In this document: positions 36,957 through 47,011 of the stretch, in pieces
Position numbering within the stretch: position 1 is the stretch's first letter
How the letters are laid out: each line of letters opens with the position of its first letter
Assembly: GCA_044225175.1 (NCBI GenBank)
Contig: JBGAJA010000006.1
Location: 65,049 to 129,048 of the forward strand
DNA length: 64,000 nucleotides
From: Candidatus Omnitrophota bacterium
Lineage (GTDB): Bacteria; Omnitrophota; Gorgyraeia; Zapsychrales; Fredricksoniimonadaceae
Direction of reading: 5' to 3'
The notes under the pieces: generated by a model
What the model was told of the DNA's origin: nothing
The model's input: only the letters and a program-made list of their open reading frames with translations
Databases searched by the model: none
Program-made: the position numbers and the translations under genes

Positions 36957-39900
36957 ATGCGCAAAAATTTAAGAAGAGTTTTATCCCTAGGGGTTTTATT
37001 TGCCTTTTTGATCACTAGTCTGGGCCCAATTCCAAGTGCTCACGCTCAGGAGCTTGCCTTACCAAAACCTGGGGTGATGGTTCATTTAAGCCCTGCGGTC
37101 AATCCACCCATCCTAAAGGGTTTGAAGGTTCATACGGATAATCCTTTTAGATTTGACTTTATCCTGGATAAAGGTGATTCCGAGCAAGGCTCAACCAATG
37201 CAGGATTGAAAGAAGAATCCAGCCGCTTAATTAAGTATTTTCTAGCTAGTCTAACTATCCCTGAGAAAGATCTCTGGGTGAACTTATCTCCCTACGAAAA
37301 AGATCGAATCATCCCCAATAGCTTTGGTTTAACCGAAATGGGTCGCGATCTCCTAGCTCAGGATTATATCCTCAAACAGATCACCGCATCTTTAATCTAT
37401 CCGGAAGATGAAATAGGAAAGAAGTTCTGGAAGAGAATTTATGAAGAAGCTCAAGTTAGGTATGGGACAACAAATATCCCAGTAAACACTTTTAACAAAG
37501 TTTGGATCGTCCCACAGAAAGCTGTGGTGTATGAGAATGCCAAGGCTGGTACGGCTTATGTTGTTGAATCCAGGTTGAAGGTGATGTTGGAAGAGGATTA
37601 TTTGGCGATGGGTAAAAATATCGTAGGGACGACCCCCCGTGGGCGCCCTTTACCAGGGCAGGTACAGGGGCCTGCCCCTACGGAAACAAATAAAATCGGA
37701 TCCCAAATCATCCACGAAATCGTCATCCCCGAATTAACCAAAGAAATCAACGAAGGCTCAAATTTTGTCCAACTTAGGCAGGTTTATAGTTCCTTGATTC
37801 TAGCTACATGGTACAAGAAAAAGATCAAAGATTCGATATTGGCACGAATTTATGCGGATAAGAATAAGATAGCAGGAGTGGGATATTCTTCCAGTGTCAT
37901 GGCGAGCGAACGTAGTGAGCGCGGCAATCTTTCTAAAAAGATTGCTTCGTCGCCTTTGGCTCCTCGCAATGACACGGAGGAAATCTACCAACGCTACCTC
38001 CAAGCCTTCAAAAGAGGCGCTTACAACTATATCAAAGTAGAAATTGACCCTGTTACTCAGCAATCCATTTCCAGGAAGTATTTTTCTGGTGGAATGCTTA
38101 TAAAACCTGATATTGAAACCACTCAAATTCTTCCTTCGATGTCTCCTGTCCAGTCCTCTGTTGTTGTTTCTGCTGATTTAGCAATGAGCTCAGACCTTAC
38201 ATCAGAGTTAGCTGGTAAAGAGCCTGGAGGGGAAGATCGTGGAAGAAAGAGTCTAGAAGCGCTTAGAGCAATTAAATATGAAGATATTAATGTTAATCAA
38301 GGAACAGGGTTAAAGGAATTGGTTAGGGAGGCGCTGGGTGTAAGTAGTAAAAGAAAGGCTTCTGGGGTAAAGGTATCTGCAGAAGAATATGTAGGCAAGA
38401 TGCAGCGAGGTGAGAGGATTATTGATCAAGTGCCGCAAGCGGTAGATACGATCATGGGTAGGATAGATTTGGGTAAGTTAAATGACATTAATGCCTATGA
38501 TAAGAAAACTATTGTGGCTGATTTATTAAGAGATTTATGGATAGCGGATTTATTGGGGTTGTTAAATGTGGATTTGATATCAACTTTTGGATTTTCGAGT
38601 TTTACGACAATGTTAGTAAAGAAAAGAATTCTTACTAAAGTTTCTTTAAGACCGACAGTCAGATTTGAAGATTATTGGGTTATTAGGAATCGTATCATTC
38701 AGGGTGAGATTATAAATAATCAAATTTATAAAGGTAATGAGGGACAGATTAAATGGGTTAGGCAGATGAAGGACGATGGAAAGATTAATTCGACCAATTT
38801 AAGACATATTTACAATATCTTGGAAGAAGAGTGGGTAAAGCTACTTAATTGGCAAGGAATGAGTATGCCTCTGGAGGAGGCCGAGAAAGTCAGAGTGTTA
38901 GTTGAAGCATTAGTTAAGGATAAAGAACAAATGAAGCTTTATCGAGGCAACGTCGGTCAGATTAAATGGGTGAGAGAAATGAAGAAAGCAAACAGAATTA
39001 CCTCAACCAATCTGGGAAGTATTTATAGCGTGTTGGAAAACGAGTGGATCAAGACAGAAGTCCTTAATTGGCAATACATCAATATGCCTTTAGAAGAAGC
39101 AGAGAAAGTTAGAACTTTAATTGAAGCATTAATTCAGGATCGAGATCAGATGAGACGTTATCAAGGCAATGCTGGTCAGATCAGATGGGCAAGGCAAATG
39201 AAGGATGAAGAGAAGATTGTCTCAACACATCTAGGAAATATTTATAGTGTGTTAGATGAAGAATGGATCAAGACAGAAAACCTTAATTGGCAAAAGATAA
39301 ACATGTCTTTAGAGGAGGCTGAGAAGGTTAGAGTGTTAATTGAAGCATTGGTTCAGGATCCTAACCAAGTAAGGCTTTATCAAGGTAATGCTGGCCAGAT
39401 CAGATGGATAAGACAAATGAATGATGAACGGAAGATTGCCTCAACACATCCAGGAAATATTTATACTGTGTTGGATGAAGAATGGATCGAGACAGAAAAT
39501 CTTAATTGGCAAAAGATGAATATGCCTTTAGAAGAGGCAGAGAAAGTCAGAGTATTAGTGGAAGCATTGGTTCAGGATCCAGATCAGATGAGACGGTATC
39601 AAGGTAATGCCGGCCAGATCAGATGGGTAAGGCAAATGAAGGATGAGGGAAAGATTGCCTCAACACATCTAGGGCATATTTATAGTGCATTTGATGAAGA
39701 ATGGGTCAATACAGAAAATCTTAATTGGGAAAAGATGAATATGCCTTTAGAAGAGGCAGAGAAAGTCAGAAAGTTAATTGAAGCGTTAGTTCAGGATCGA
39801 GATCAGATGAGGCGGTATCAAGGCAATGCCGGCCAAATCAGATGGGTAAGGCAAATGAAGGATGAGGGGAAGATCAACGCTACTAATTTAGCTAGTATTT

Positions 39901-42179
39901 ATAGTGTTTTGGAAGGTGAATGGGTAAAGCCGGATGTGCTTAATTGGAAAAAGATGGATATGCCTCTGGAGGAAGCAGAGAAGATAAGAGAGATGATTCA
40001 AAAATTAGTTCAAGACCCTAAACAGGTGGAGTTATATAAAAATAATGCTGGGCAGATTAAATGGGTAAGACAGATGAAGGATGGCGGCAAGATTGCCTCA
40101 ACTCACTTGTCTAATATTTATAGTGTCTTGGAAGAAGAGTGGATAAAGCCTGATGAGCTTAATTGGCAACAGATGAATATGTCTTTAAAGGAAGCGGAGA
40201 AGATAAGAGAGATGATTCAAAAATTAGTTCAAGACCCTAAACAGGTGGAGTTGTATAAAAATAATCCTGGCCAGATCAGATGGGCAAGGCAAATGAAGGA
40301 TGAGGGTAAGATTAATTCGACTTATTTAGGCAATGTTTATAGTGTCTTAGATAAAGAATGGGTAAATGCGGATGTGCTTAATTGGCAAAATATACACATG
40401 TTATTAAAAGAAGCAGAGGCCCAGCAGCTATCTCAAGAACCTCCTGATCAAGCTATGTTAAGCGCTGTCCCAGATGTCGTGGCATTATTAGAAGAAAAAC
40501 AACGGCAAGGCATGATAGATCAATATTTAGGCTCCATGATGCATTATGCAAAGTTTGGAGATTTAGCTATTTATTATTTGATACGTGATGTTCGCTCTAA
40601 AACTGGTTTTTTAAAACCAATTTCTCCGGCAACGTTTGCTGCCAGTATGAATACTCTTCTTGCGCCTCAACTTAAAGAGATTGGCTTTACTTTTAAGAAA
40701 GGATCTTTAACTGAAGAGGTATATTCGGGATTGGAACAATGGTTAAAAAAAATCTCCTTCGATCAACTCTCTTCCTATGGAAGTATGGCAGGATTAATTC
40801 GTCTAATCAAACAGATCGAAGCAGATAAAGATGGTGATTTAAGTAAATTAAAAGGGGTCCATCTAAGTCAATTAACTGCATTGCTTCATGCATCGAGGAA
40901 TGTTGAGCTTATATCAGGTCATGCTATACAGAAGTGGGAGCTTCCATATCTAACTATGAGTATGGAAAAGTTTCAGGCTCTAGAAGCTTGGGCTGAAAAA
41001 ACAAAGGAATTATCTAATTATGGAAACATGAAAGGTTTGGTTTTGCTGGTTCAAGAAATTATGTCTGGGAAAGATGATGATTTAAAGAAATTGCAAGATG
41101 CGGATTTGTATGATCTTACGATGGTGCTTCATTCATCCGAAAATATTAAAGCTTTAACAGCTCGAACCATTCCAGGTTGGAATATGCCTCGGGTTAATAT
41201 GTCGGTCCGGCAATTTTATGCTATTCAACTTTGGCTTAAGAAGCAAGACGCATACAAATATAATAAGATGTCAGGTTTGATTTTATTGGTTGGAGAAATT
41301 GAAAGTGGAAAAGAACTCGATCTCAAAGTTCTAAAAGGAGTTAACCTCAGTTCATTGACTTCATTGCTTTCTTCAAGGGAGAATATGGAAGCTTTGACAG
41401 GTCAGTTCATGAAAGATTGGGATATTCCAAATATTAAAATGACCATAAAACAATTTACTGCTTTGCGTCTTTGGGCAAGAGAACAAGAAAGCAGATTAGC
41501 TATATATGGAAGTATGCAGGGATTGATTACTTTAATCGATGAAATCAATAAAGGTCAAGATCCACATTTGAAGGTTTTGCAAGGGATCAATTTGGGATAC
41601 TTAACTCACCTTCTTCATTTTTCTGAGAATATTGAAGCGTTAACCGGACAATATATTGAAAGTTGGGATATGCCGTTTGTCAATATGTCCATGAAACAGT
41701 TTCAAGCGCTTTATCAATGGATTATAAAACAGAAATCTAATTTAGAGCAATATGGAAGTGAGAAAGGTTTGGAAGAATTGCTTAAGAAAATTGAGGCAGG
41801 GGAAGCTGAGTTGAGTCCATTGAAAGGGATCAATCTAAAACCTCTAACATTATTTCTTTCTTCCCCTAAAAATATTAGAGATTTATCAGGCCGAGATATT
41901 GCAGGTTGGAATATGCCTATTTTGAAAACTACATATGCGGAAGCTCTTAGAGATTTTGGAATTAAAGATCAGGCGATGTCAAAATCTACCCCAGGTGGTA
42001 TTGATTTAACCACTGCTTCAATGAATTTGGAAACTGAAACTCAAAATAGTAACGAAGAATTTAAATTCAATATTGACCCCGCAATGCTCAAACAACTTCA
42101 AAACGCTCCAGGTTTTTATCCCATCATCATGAATATCACACGTTTACAAGATTTGAAAACTTTCCTGGTAAGTCCATAA
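36957..42179 (+). CDS. Giant secreted repeat protein (1740 aa). It has a signal peptide, a conserved ~330-aa N-terminal module shared with the ORF at 49678, 8x 73-aa repeats, 5x ~80-aa repeats, and a conserved C-terminal module.
   Basis: A single uninterrupted ORF with signal peptide …SLGPIPSAHA. Its N-terminal and C-terminal (…GGIDLTTASMNLE…GFYPIIMNITRL…) regions align with those of the 49678-53736 protein. The internal repeats were read directly. No known family was recognised. Confidence 0.7.
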   Translation: MRKNLRRVLSLGVLFAFLITSLGPIPSAHAQELALPKPGVMVHLSPAVNPPILKGLKVHTDNPFRFDFILDKGDSEQGSTNAGLKEESSRLIKYFLASLTIPEKDLWVNLSPYEKDRIIPNSFGLTEMGRDLLAQDYILKQITASLIYPEDEIGKKFWKRIYEEAQVRYGTTNIPVNTFNKVWIVPQKAVVYENAKAGTAYVVESRLKVMLEEDYLAMGKNIVGTTPRGRPLPGQVQGPAPTETNKIGSQIIHEIVIPELTKEINEGSNFVQLRQVYSSLILATWYKKKIKDSILARIYADKNKIAGVGYSSSVMASERSERGNLSKKIASSPLAPRNDTEEIYQRYLQAFKRGAYNYIKVEIDPVTQQSISRKYFSGGMLIKPDIETTQILPSMSPVQSSVVVSADLAMSSDLTSELAGKEPGGEDRGRKSLEALRAIKYEDINVNQGTGLKELVREALGVSSKRKASGVKVSAEEYVGKMQRGERIIDQVPQAVDTIMGRIDLGKLNDINAYDKKTIVADLLRDLWIADLLGLLNVDLISTFGFSSFTTMLVKKRILTKVSLRPTVRFEDYWVIRNRIIQGEIINNQIYKGNEGQIKWVRQMKDDGKINSTNLRHIYNILEEEWVKLLNWQGMSMPLEEAEKVRVLVEALVKDKEQMKLYRGNVGQIKWVREMKKANRITSTNLGSIYSVLENEWIKTEVLNWQYINMPLEEAEKVRTLIEALIQDRDQMRRYQGNAGQIRWARQMKDEEKIVSTHLGNIYSVLDEEWIKTENLNWQKINMSLEEAEKVRVLIEALVQDPNQVRLYQGNAGQIRWIRQMNDERKIASTHPGNIYTVLDEEWIETENLNWQKMNMPLEEAEKVRVLVEALVQDPDQMRRYQGNAGQIRWVRQMKDEGKIASTHLGHIYSAFDEEWVNTENLNWEKMNMPLEEAEKVRKLIEALVQDRDQMRRYQGNAGQIRWVRQMKDEGKINATNLASIYSVLEGEWVKPDVLNWKKMDMPLEEAEKIREMIQKLVQDPKQVELYKNNAGQIKWVRQMKDGGKIASTHLSNIYSVLEEEWIKPDELNWQQMNMSLKEAEKIREMIQKLVQDPKQVELYKNNPGQIRWARQMKDEGKINSTYLGNVYSVLDKEWVNADVLNWQNIHMLLKEAEAQQLSQEPPDQAMLSAVPDVVALLEEKQRQGMIDQYLGSMMHYAKFGDLAIYYLIRDVRSKTGFLKPISPATFAASMNTLLAPQLKEIGFTFKKGSLTEEVYSGLEQWLKKISFDQLSSYGSMAGLIRLIKQIEADKDGDLSKLKGVHLSQLTALLHASRNVELISGHAIQKWELPYLTMSMEKFQALEAWAEKTKELSNYGNMKGLVLLVQEIMSGKDDDLKKLQDADLYDLTMVLHSSENIKALTARTIPGWNMPRVNMSVRQFYAIQLWLKKQDAYKYNKMSGLILLVGEIESGKELDLKVLKGVNLSSLTSLLSSRENMEALTGQFMKDWDIPNIKMTIKQFTALRLWAREQESRLAIYGSMQGLITLIDEINKGQDPHLKVLQGINLGYLTHLLHFSENIEALTGQYIESWDMPFVNMSMKQFQALYQWIIKQKSNLEQYGSEKGLEELLKKIEAGEAELSPLKGINLKPLTLFLSSPKNIRDLSGRDIAGWNMPILKTTYAEALRDFGIKDQAMSKSTPGGIDLTTASMNLETETQNSNEEFKFNIDPAMLKQLQNAPGFYPIIMNITRLQDLKTFLVSP
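38727..40478 (+). repeat. Eight in-frame tandem repeats (one 213-bp unit, then seven 219-bp units) inside the giant gene. Units 3-6 are nearly identical at the DNA level.
   Basis: Unit consensus: YQGNAGQIRWVRQMKDEGKIASTHLGNIYSVLDEEWIKTENLNWQKMNMPLEEAEKVRVLIEALVQDPDQMRR. Unit starts (TAT codons) are at 38727, 38940, 39159, 39378, 39597, 39816, 40035 and 40254. Confidence 0.85.
40776..41985 (+). repeat. Five in-frame, more diverged tandem repeats of ~240-246 bp (~80 aa) inside the giant gene
   Basis: Unit pattern: YGSM.GL..L..EI..G.D.DLK.L.G.NL..LT.LL.S.ENI.ALTG..I..W.MP.…M…QF.AL..W. Unit starts are near 40776, 41019, 41259, 41505 and 41751. Confidence 0.7.
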
Positions 42180-42239
42180 ACAAAACTTCACATTTAAAAT
42201 CTGTTGAAGATTTTTCCAAGATATATATAATGCACAGCT

Positions 42240-44228
42240 ATGAATAAAACTACTTCTATTGATAACTTCAAAGAAGCACCGAAAGCCTCCTCACCTCAAG
42301 AAAGTCCCAAAGAAAATTTAAAAGTTTTATCGCATCCCTTTATCACAGAACATGATATCTACCTTTTCAAAGAAGGAAATCACTTTAGACTTTACGAGAA
42401 ATTAGGCGCTCATCAGATCGTTGTGGATGGGAAGCCGGGTGTTCATTTTGCCGTTTGGGCCCCGAATGCTAAGAAGGTTTCTGTTATTGGGAACTTCAAT
42501 GGCTGGAATCGTTCTTCTCATTCTTTAAACCCCCGCTGGGATCATTCTGGGATTTGGGAAGGTTTTGTTCCGGGAATCTCTAAGGGTGAAATCTACAAAT
42601 ATTTCATTGTTTCTAGTCAGGACTATTATCAAGTTGAGAAACAGGATCCTTTTGCCATTTATAATGAAGTAGCTCCCAACACAGCTTCTATAGTATGGGA
42701 TTTAGATTATGAATGGAAGGATCAGCCATGGATGGAGAGCCGTTACAAGAAGAATAGTTTAAATGCTCCTATGTCCATCTACGAGATGCATTTAGGTTCT
42801 TGGAAGAAGGTTGTTGAAGATAATGGTCGTTTCTTGACGTACCGTGAAATGGCAGATCAATTACCTGAATATCTTAAATACATGGGGTATACCCACGTCG
42901 AATTTTTGCCAGTTATGGAGCATCCTTTCTATGGTTCCTGGGGATATCAAACTTTAGGCTATTTTTCAACCACCAGTCGCTACGGTACGCCGCAAGATTT
43001 TATGCATTTGGTCGACTGCCTGCATAAAAATAATATTGGTGTCATTCTAGATTGGGTTCCATCTCACTTTCCGACGGATGAACATGGTTTATCTTACTTT
43101 GATGGAACACATTTATTTGAACATACAGATCCTAGAAAAGGCTATCACCCAGATTGGAAGAGTTCCATTTTTAATTATGGACGTAATGAAGTTCGTGAGT
43201 TTTTAATTTCTTCTGCCATGTTTTGGATGGAGAAATTTCATATTGATGGACTTCGGGTAGATGCTGTTGCCTCCATGTTGTATTTGGATTATTCCCGCCA
43301 ACAGGGCGAGTGGATTCCAAATGAATATGGCGGGCGTGAGAATTTAGATGCCATGTTCTTTATTCGTAAATTAAATGAAACAATTTATTCTAACTTTCCT
43401 GACACACAAATGATTGCAGAGGAATCTACCGCATGGCAAGGTGTTTCAAGGCCAAATTATCTAGGCGGATTGGGATTTGGGATCAAATGGAATATGGGAT
43501 GGATGCACGATACGCTCGTTTACATGAGTAAAGATCCTATCTATCGTAAATACCATCAGAATGATCTAACATTCTCATTTTTATACGCCTACACAGAAAA
43601 TTTTATGTTGTCTTTATCCCATGATGAAGTGACTCATGGAAAAGGGTCCTTGATTTCTAAAATGCCTGGTGATTTTTGGCAGAAATTTGCTAATCTTCGA
43701 CTACTAATGGGCTATATGTTTGCCCATCCAGGTAAGAAGTTGAATTTTATGGGAACTGAGTTTGCCCAATGGGAAGATTGGAATCATGATCATTCTCTGC
43801 AATGGCATTTATTGAACTATGAGCCTCATAAAGGAATTCTTCAATTGGTCAAAGACTTAAATCACTTGTATCGTTCAGAGCCAGCTCTCTATGAATGTGA
43901 TTTTACTCCAGATGGTTTTGAATGGATTGATTTCAGTGATTACCAAAAAAGTATCATTTGCTTCATGAGAAAGTCTTTTGCTAATAATAGCCAGATCATT
44001 GCTGTTTGTAATTTTACACCCCAAACTTGGCATAATTATTCAATCGGTGTTCCGTATGCAGGAATATGGAGAGAAGTTTTAAACACTGATGCATCCATAT
44101 ATGGAGGATCCAATCAAGGTAATGGAGGAGCTCTTCAGGCCCAGAATTATTCCAGCCATGGAAGACCTTTTTCATTATCATTAACTATTCCTCCACTAAG
44201 CATTTTGTTTTTAAAAAATGTTAAATAA
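42240..44228 (+). CDS. glgB: 1,4-alpha-glucan branching enzyme (GH13)
   Basis: Includes the motif YMGYTHVEFLPVMEHPFYGSWGYQTLGYF. Confidence 0.9.
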   Translation: MNKTTSIDNFKEAPKASSPQESPKENLKVLSHPFITEHDIYLFKEGNHFRLYEKLGAHQIVVDGKPGVHFAVWAPNAKKVSVIGNFNGWNRSSHSLNPRWDHSGIWEGFVPGISKGEIYKYFIVSSQDYYQVEKQDPFAIYNEVAPNTASIVWDLDYEWKDQPWMESRYKKNSLNAPMSIYEMHLGSWKKVVEDNGRFLTYREMADQLPEYLKYMGYTHVEFLPVMEHPFYGSWGYQTLGYFSTTSRYGTPQDFMHLVDCLHKNNIGVILDWVPSHFPTDEHGLSYFDGTHLFEHTDPRKGYHPDWKSSIFNYGRNEVREFLISSAMFWMEKFHIDGLRVDAVASMLYLDYSRQQGEWIPNEYGGRENLDAMFFIRKLNETIYSNFPDTQMIAEESTAWQGVSRPNYLGGLGFGIKWNMGWMHDTLVYMSKDPIYRKYHQNDLTFSFLYAYTENFMLSLSHDEVTHGKGSLISKMPGDFWQKFANLRLLMGYMFAHPGKKLNFMGTEFAQWEDWNHDHSLQWHLLNYEPHKGILQLVKDLNHLYRSEPALYECDFTPDGFEWIDFSDYQKSIICFMRKSFANNSQIIAVCNFTPQTWHNYSIGVPYAGIWREVLNTDASIYGGSNQGNGGALQAQNYSSHGRPFSLSLTIPPLSILFLKNVK

Positions 44229-44247
44229 TTATTATCAAGGAGAGGTT

Positions 44248-44544
44248 ATGAAAGATAAGATTATAGAAGCGGCAGGGAAAACATGGAGATTTTTAGGGCA
44301 AAATGGTGAAGTGAATGTTGATCAATTACCTAAAGTTCTCAAAGAAAAAGAACATGTTATTTTTCAAGCTCTTGGCTGGCTGGCCCGTGAGGATAAATTA
44401 AGTTATTCTACCAAGAATCGTCGTACGTTCGTTACGCTCGTTGAAGGTGAGTTGCAAGCTTTTAATAGTTTGATGTATAACATTCAACAAGACCAAAGTG
44501 CCCCCCAAAAAACTAAGGGTTCAAACGGAAGGCTTAAGAAATAA
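44248..44544 (+). CDS. Hypothetical small protein (possible winged-helix fold)
   Basis: 98 aa from the ATG at 44248, with a GGAGAGG RBS. It lies between glgB and the GH57 gene. No family was recognised. Confidence 0.3.
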   Translation: MKDKIIEAAGKTWRFLGQNGEVNVDQLPKVLKEKEHVIFQALGWLAREDKLSYSTKNRRTFVTLVEGELQAFNSLMYNIQQDQSAPQKTKGSNGRLKK

Positions 44545-44557
44545 TTAGAAAGTATTT

Positions 44558-47011
44558 ATGAATCGTTTCGTTTGCATCCATGGTCATTTCTATCAGCCGC
44601 CTCGAGAAAATCCTTGGTTGAATGAAGTTGAACTTCAAGAATCTGCTCATCCTTATCATGATTGGAATGAGCGCATTAATGCTGAGTGTTATGCGCGTAA
44701 TGCCTTTTCACGCATCCTAGATGATAAGCAAAGAATCATTGATATCGTCAATAATTACTCCAAAATTAGTTTTAATTTTGGTCCTACTTTATTTTCCTGG
44801 TTAGAGCAAAAAGCCCCTCAAACATATGAAGCTATTTTAGAAGCTGATCGCAATAGTCAAAAGAATTTCTCTGGTCATGGCAGTGCTTTAGCGCAGGTTT
44901 ATAACCATATGATTATGCCCTTAGCTAATACGAGGGATAAACGCACCCAAATATTATGGGGAATTAAAGATTTTGAATATCGATTCAATCGAAAGCCTGA
45001 AGGGATGTGGCTTGGCGAAACGGCAGTTGATTTAGAAACTCTTGATATTATGGCTGAGTATGATGTGAAATTTACAATCTTAGCGCCTCATCAAGGGAAG
45101 ATGATCAGGAAAATTAAGGATGTCCAATGGCAGGACCTTCAAGGGCAAAAGGTGGATTATCGTCGAGCTTATCTTTGTCGATTACCTTCGGGAAGATCTA
45201 TCAGCATTTTCTTTTATGAAGGATCTATTGCTCAAGAAGTTGCTTTTAATGGGCTTTTAAATAATGGAGGAAATTTTGCTCATCGCCTGATGTCTAATTT
45301 TGAAAATCATAATCATGAACCTCAATTAGTGAATATTGCGACTGATGGGGAGACATATGGGCATCATCATAAATTTGGCGATATGGCTTTAGCCTACTGT
45401 TTACAGTCAATGGAATCTCAGGAACACACTCAATTAACGATTTATGGCGAATATTTAGAGAAATTTCCTCCTACATATGAAGTCATGATTGAAGAGAATT
45501 CATCATGGAGTTGTTTTCATGGTATTGAAAGATGGAGATCTAATTGCGGTTGTCATACCGGCGGGCAGCCAGGATGGAATCAGCATTGGCGCAAACCTTT
45601 AAGGGAAGCATTGGATTGGCTGCGAGATGAGCTGGCTAAAGTTTACGAAGAGGAGATTAGTACTTTTGCGCCAGAAGCCTGGATTCTTAGAAATCAATAT
45701 ATTGAGTTAATCCTGGATCGTACTCCTGAGAATACTCAGAAATTCATTGATAATCATATTTCTAAACCTTTAAATGAAGAAGAACGCATCAAACTATTTA
45801 AGCTTCTGGAAATGCAATACAACGCTCTTTTGATGTATACCTCTTGCGGCTGGTTTTTTGCAGATATTTCTGGGATTGAGACCATACAAATTCTTAAATA
45901 TGCTGCGCGCGCTATTCAATTGGCCCATGAAGCAACATCGGTTGATTTAGAAGAAGGGTTTATAAGAAGATTGGAAGAATCGCGTAGTAATGTGCCGGAA
46001 TACAAAAATGGGGCCCATGTTTATAAGACTTTTGTCAAACCTTCGATCGTCGATCTTCCTAGAGTATCAGCCCATTATGCCGTAAGCTCTTTGTTTGAAC
46101 ATTATCCTCCTAAGATTCAAATGTATTGTTACACCATTGAAACTGAATTTTATGAACTCAAAGAGGCTGGACGTTTACGTTTGGCTTTGGGGTATGGCTG
46201 GGTTTCTTCGAATATTACAGGGGAGAAAGCCCATGTGCGATTTGCTGTATTGCATTTGGGGGACCATAATTTCATTGGCGGGATGGATTATCAGAAAAAT
46301 GATGATTTTACTCAGATTTATAATGTATTGTCTGAAGCTTTTTTAGAGAGTAATGTCTCTGAGATCATTCATTTGATCAACATTTACTTTGATGCAAGAA
46401 ATTATTCTTTGTGGGACTTATTCAAGCAGGAACAAGAAACAATATTGAACCATGTTTTACATTCCACCATTGAAGATATGGAATATTCTTTTCGTCAGAT
46501 TTATGAATACCACTATCCTTTAATGCAGATCAAAAATGATACTAGGCTTCCTTTGCCAAGGATGTTAACTACCGTCGTAGAATTCATTCTGACTCGAGAC
46601 TTGGTTGCATTGATAGAGCAGGAAAACTTGCAGGTCGATAAGATGAAGGGGCTTGTTGAGCAAATGAAGAGGTGGGATTTTAAAAGGGATCAAGCTAACT
46701 TTGGATTCCTGGCTAGTAAACGGATGAATGTGTTTATGGAAAAACTTCTGGATCACCCAGATAATATTGAACTTCTTGAGAATGTTACGGTGACTTTTGA
46801 ATTATTAAACCAATTAAACTTCGATTTAGATTTATGGAAAGCACAGAATATTTATTTTTCTTTGGTACTTAAGATTTATCCTGAAATATTAAGCCAAACG
46901 CCAAAAGATGCTTTGGCATTACGTTGGATTGCGTGGATTGAACGTTTGGGAGATGTTTTACAGGTAACCTATAATTCTTCTTCCACTGTTAAAGGACCAG
47001 CTTATATATGA
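44558..47011 (+). CDS. Glycoside hydrolase family 57 protein with C-terminal DUF3536-like extension
   Basis: N-terminal …CIHGHFYQPPRENPW… is the hallmark GH57 start, followed by …DGETYGHHH…. The protein is 817 aa. Confidence 0.8.
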   Translation: MNRFVCIHGHFYQPPRENPWLNEVELQESAHPYHDWNERINAECYARNAFSRILDDKQRIIDIVNNYSKISFNFGPTLFSWLEQKAPQTYEAILEADRNSQKNFSGHGSALAQVYNHMIMPLANTRDKRTQILWGIKDFEYRFNRKPEGMWLGETAVDLETLDIMAEYDVKFTILAPHQGKMIRKIKDVQWQDLQGQKVDYRRAYLCRLPSGRSISIFFYEGSIAQEVAFNGLLNNGGNFAHRLMSNFENHNHEPQLVNIATDGETYGHHHKFGDMALAYCLQSMESQEHTQLTIYGEYLEKFPPTYEVMIEENSSWSCFHGIERWRSNCGCHTGGQPGWNQHWRKPLREALDWLRDELAKVYEEEISTFAPEAWILRNQYIELILDRTPENTQKFIDNHISKPLNEEERIKLFKLLEMQYNALLMYTSCGWFFADISGIETIQILKYAARAIQLAHEATSVDLEEGFIRRLEESRSNVPEYKNGAHVYKTFVKPSIVDLPRVSAHYAVSSLFEHYPPKIQMYCYTIETEFYELKEAGRLRLALGYGWVSSNITGEKAHVRFAVLHLGDHNFIGGMDYQKNDDFTQIYNVLSEAFLESNVSEIIHLINIYFDARNYSLWDLFKQEQETILNHVLHSTIEDMEYSFRQIYEYHYPLMQIKNDTRLPLPRMLTTVVEFILTRDLVALIEQENLQVDKMKGLVEQMKRWDFKRDQANFGFLASKRMNVFMEKLLDHPDNIELLENVTVTFELLNQLNFDLDLWKAQNIYFSLVLKIYPEILSQTPKDALALRWIAWIERLGDVLQVTYNSSSTVKGPAYI

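Noticed and set aside
42197-42216. Terminator after the first giant gene (AAATCT-gttga-AGATTT then TTCC)
   Set aside because: It has only a 6-bp stem and no real U-tract. This is too weak to annotate.
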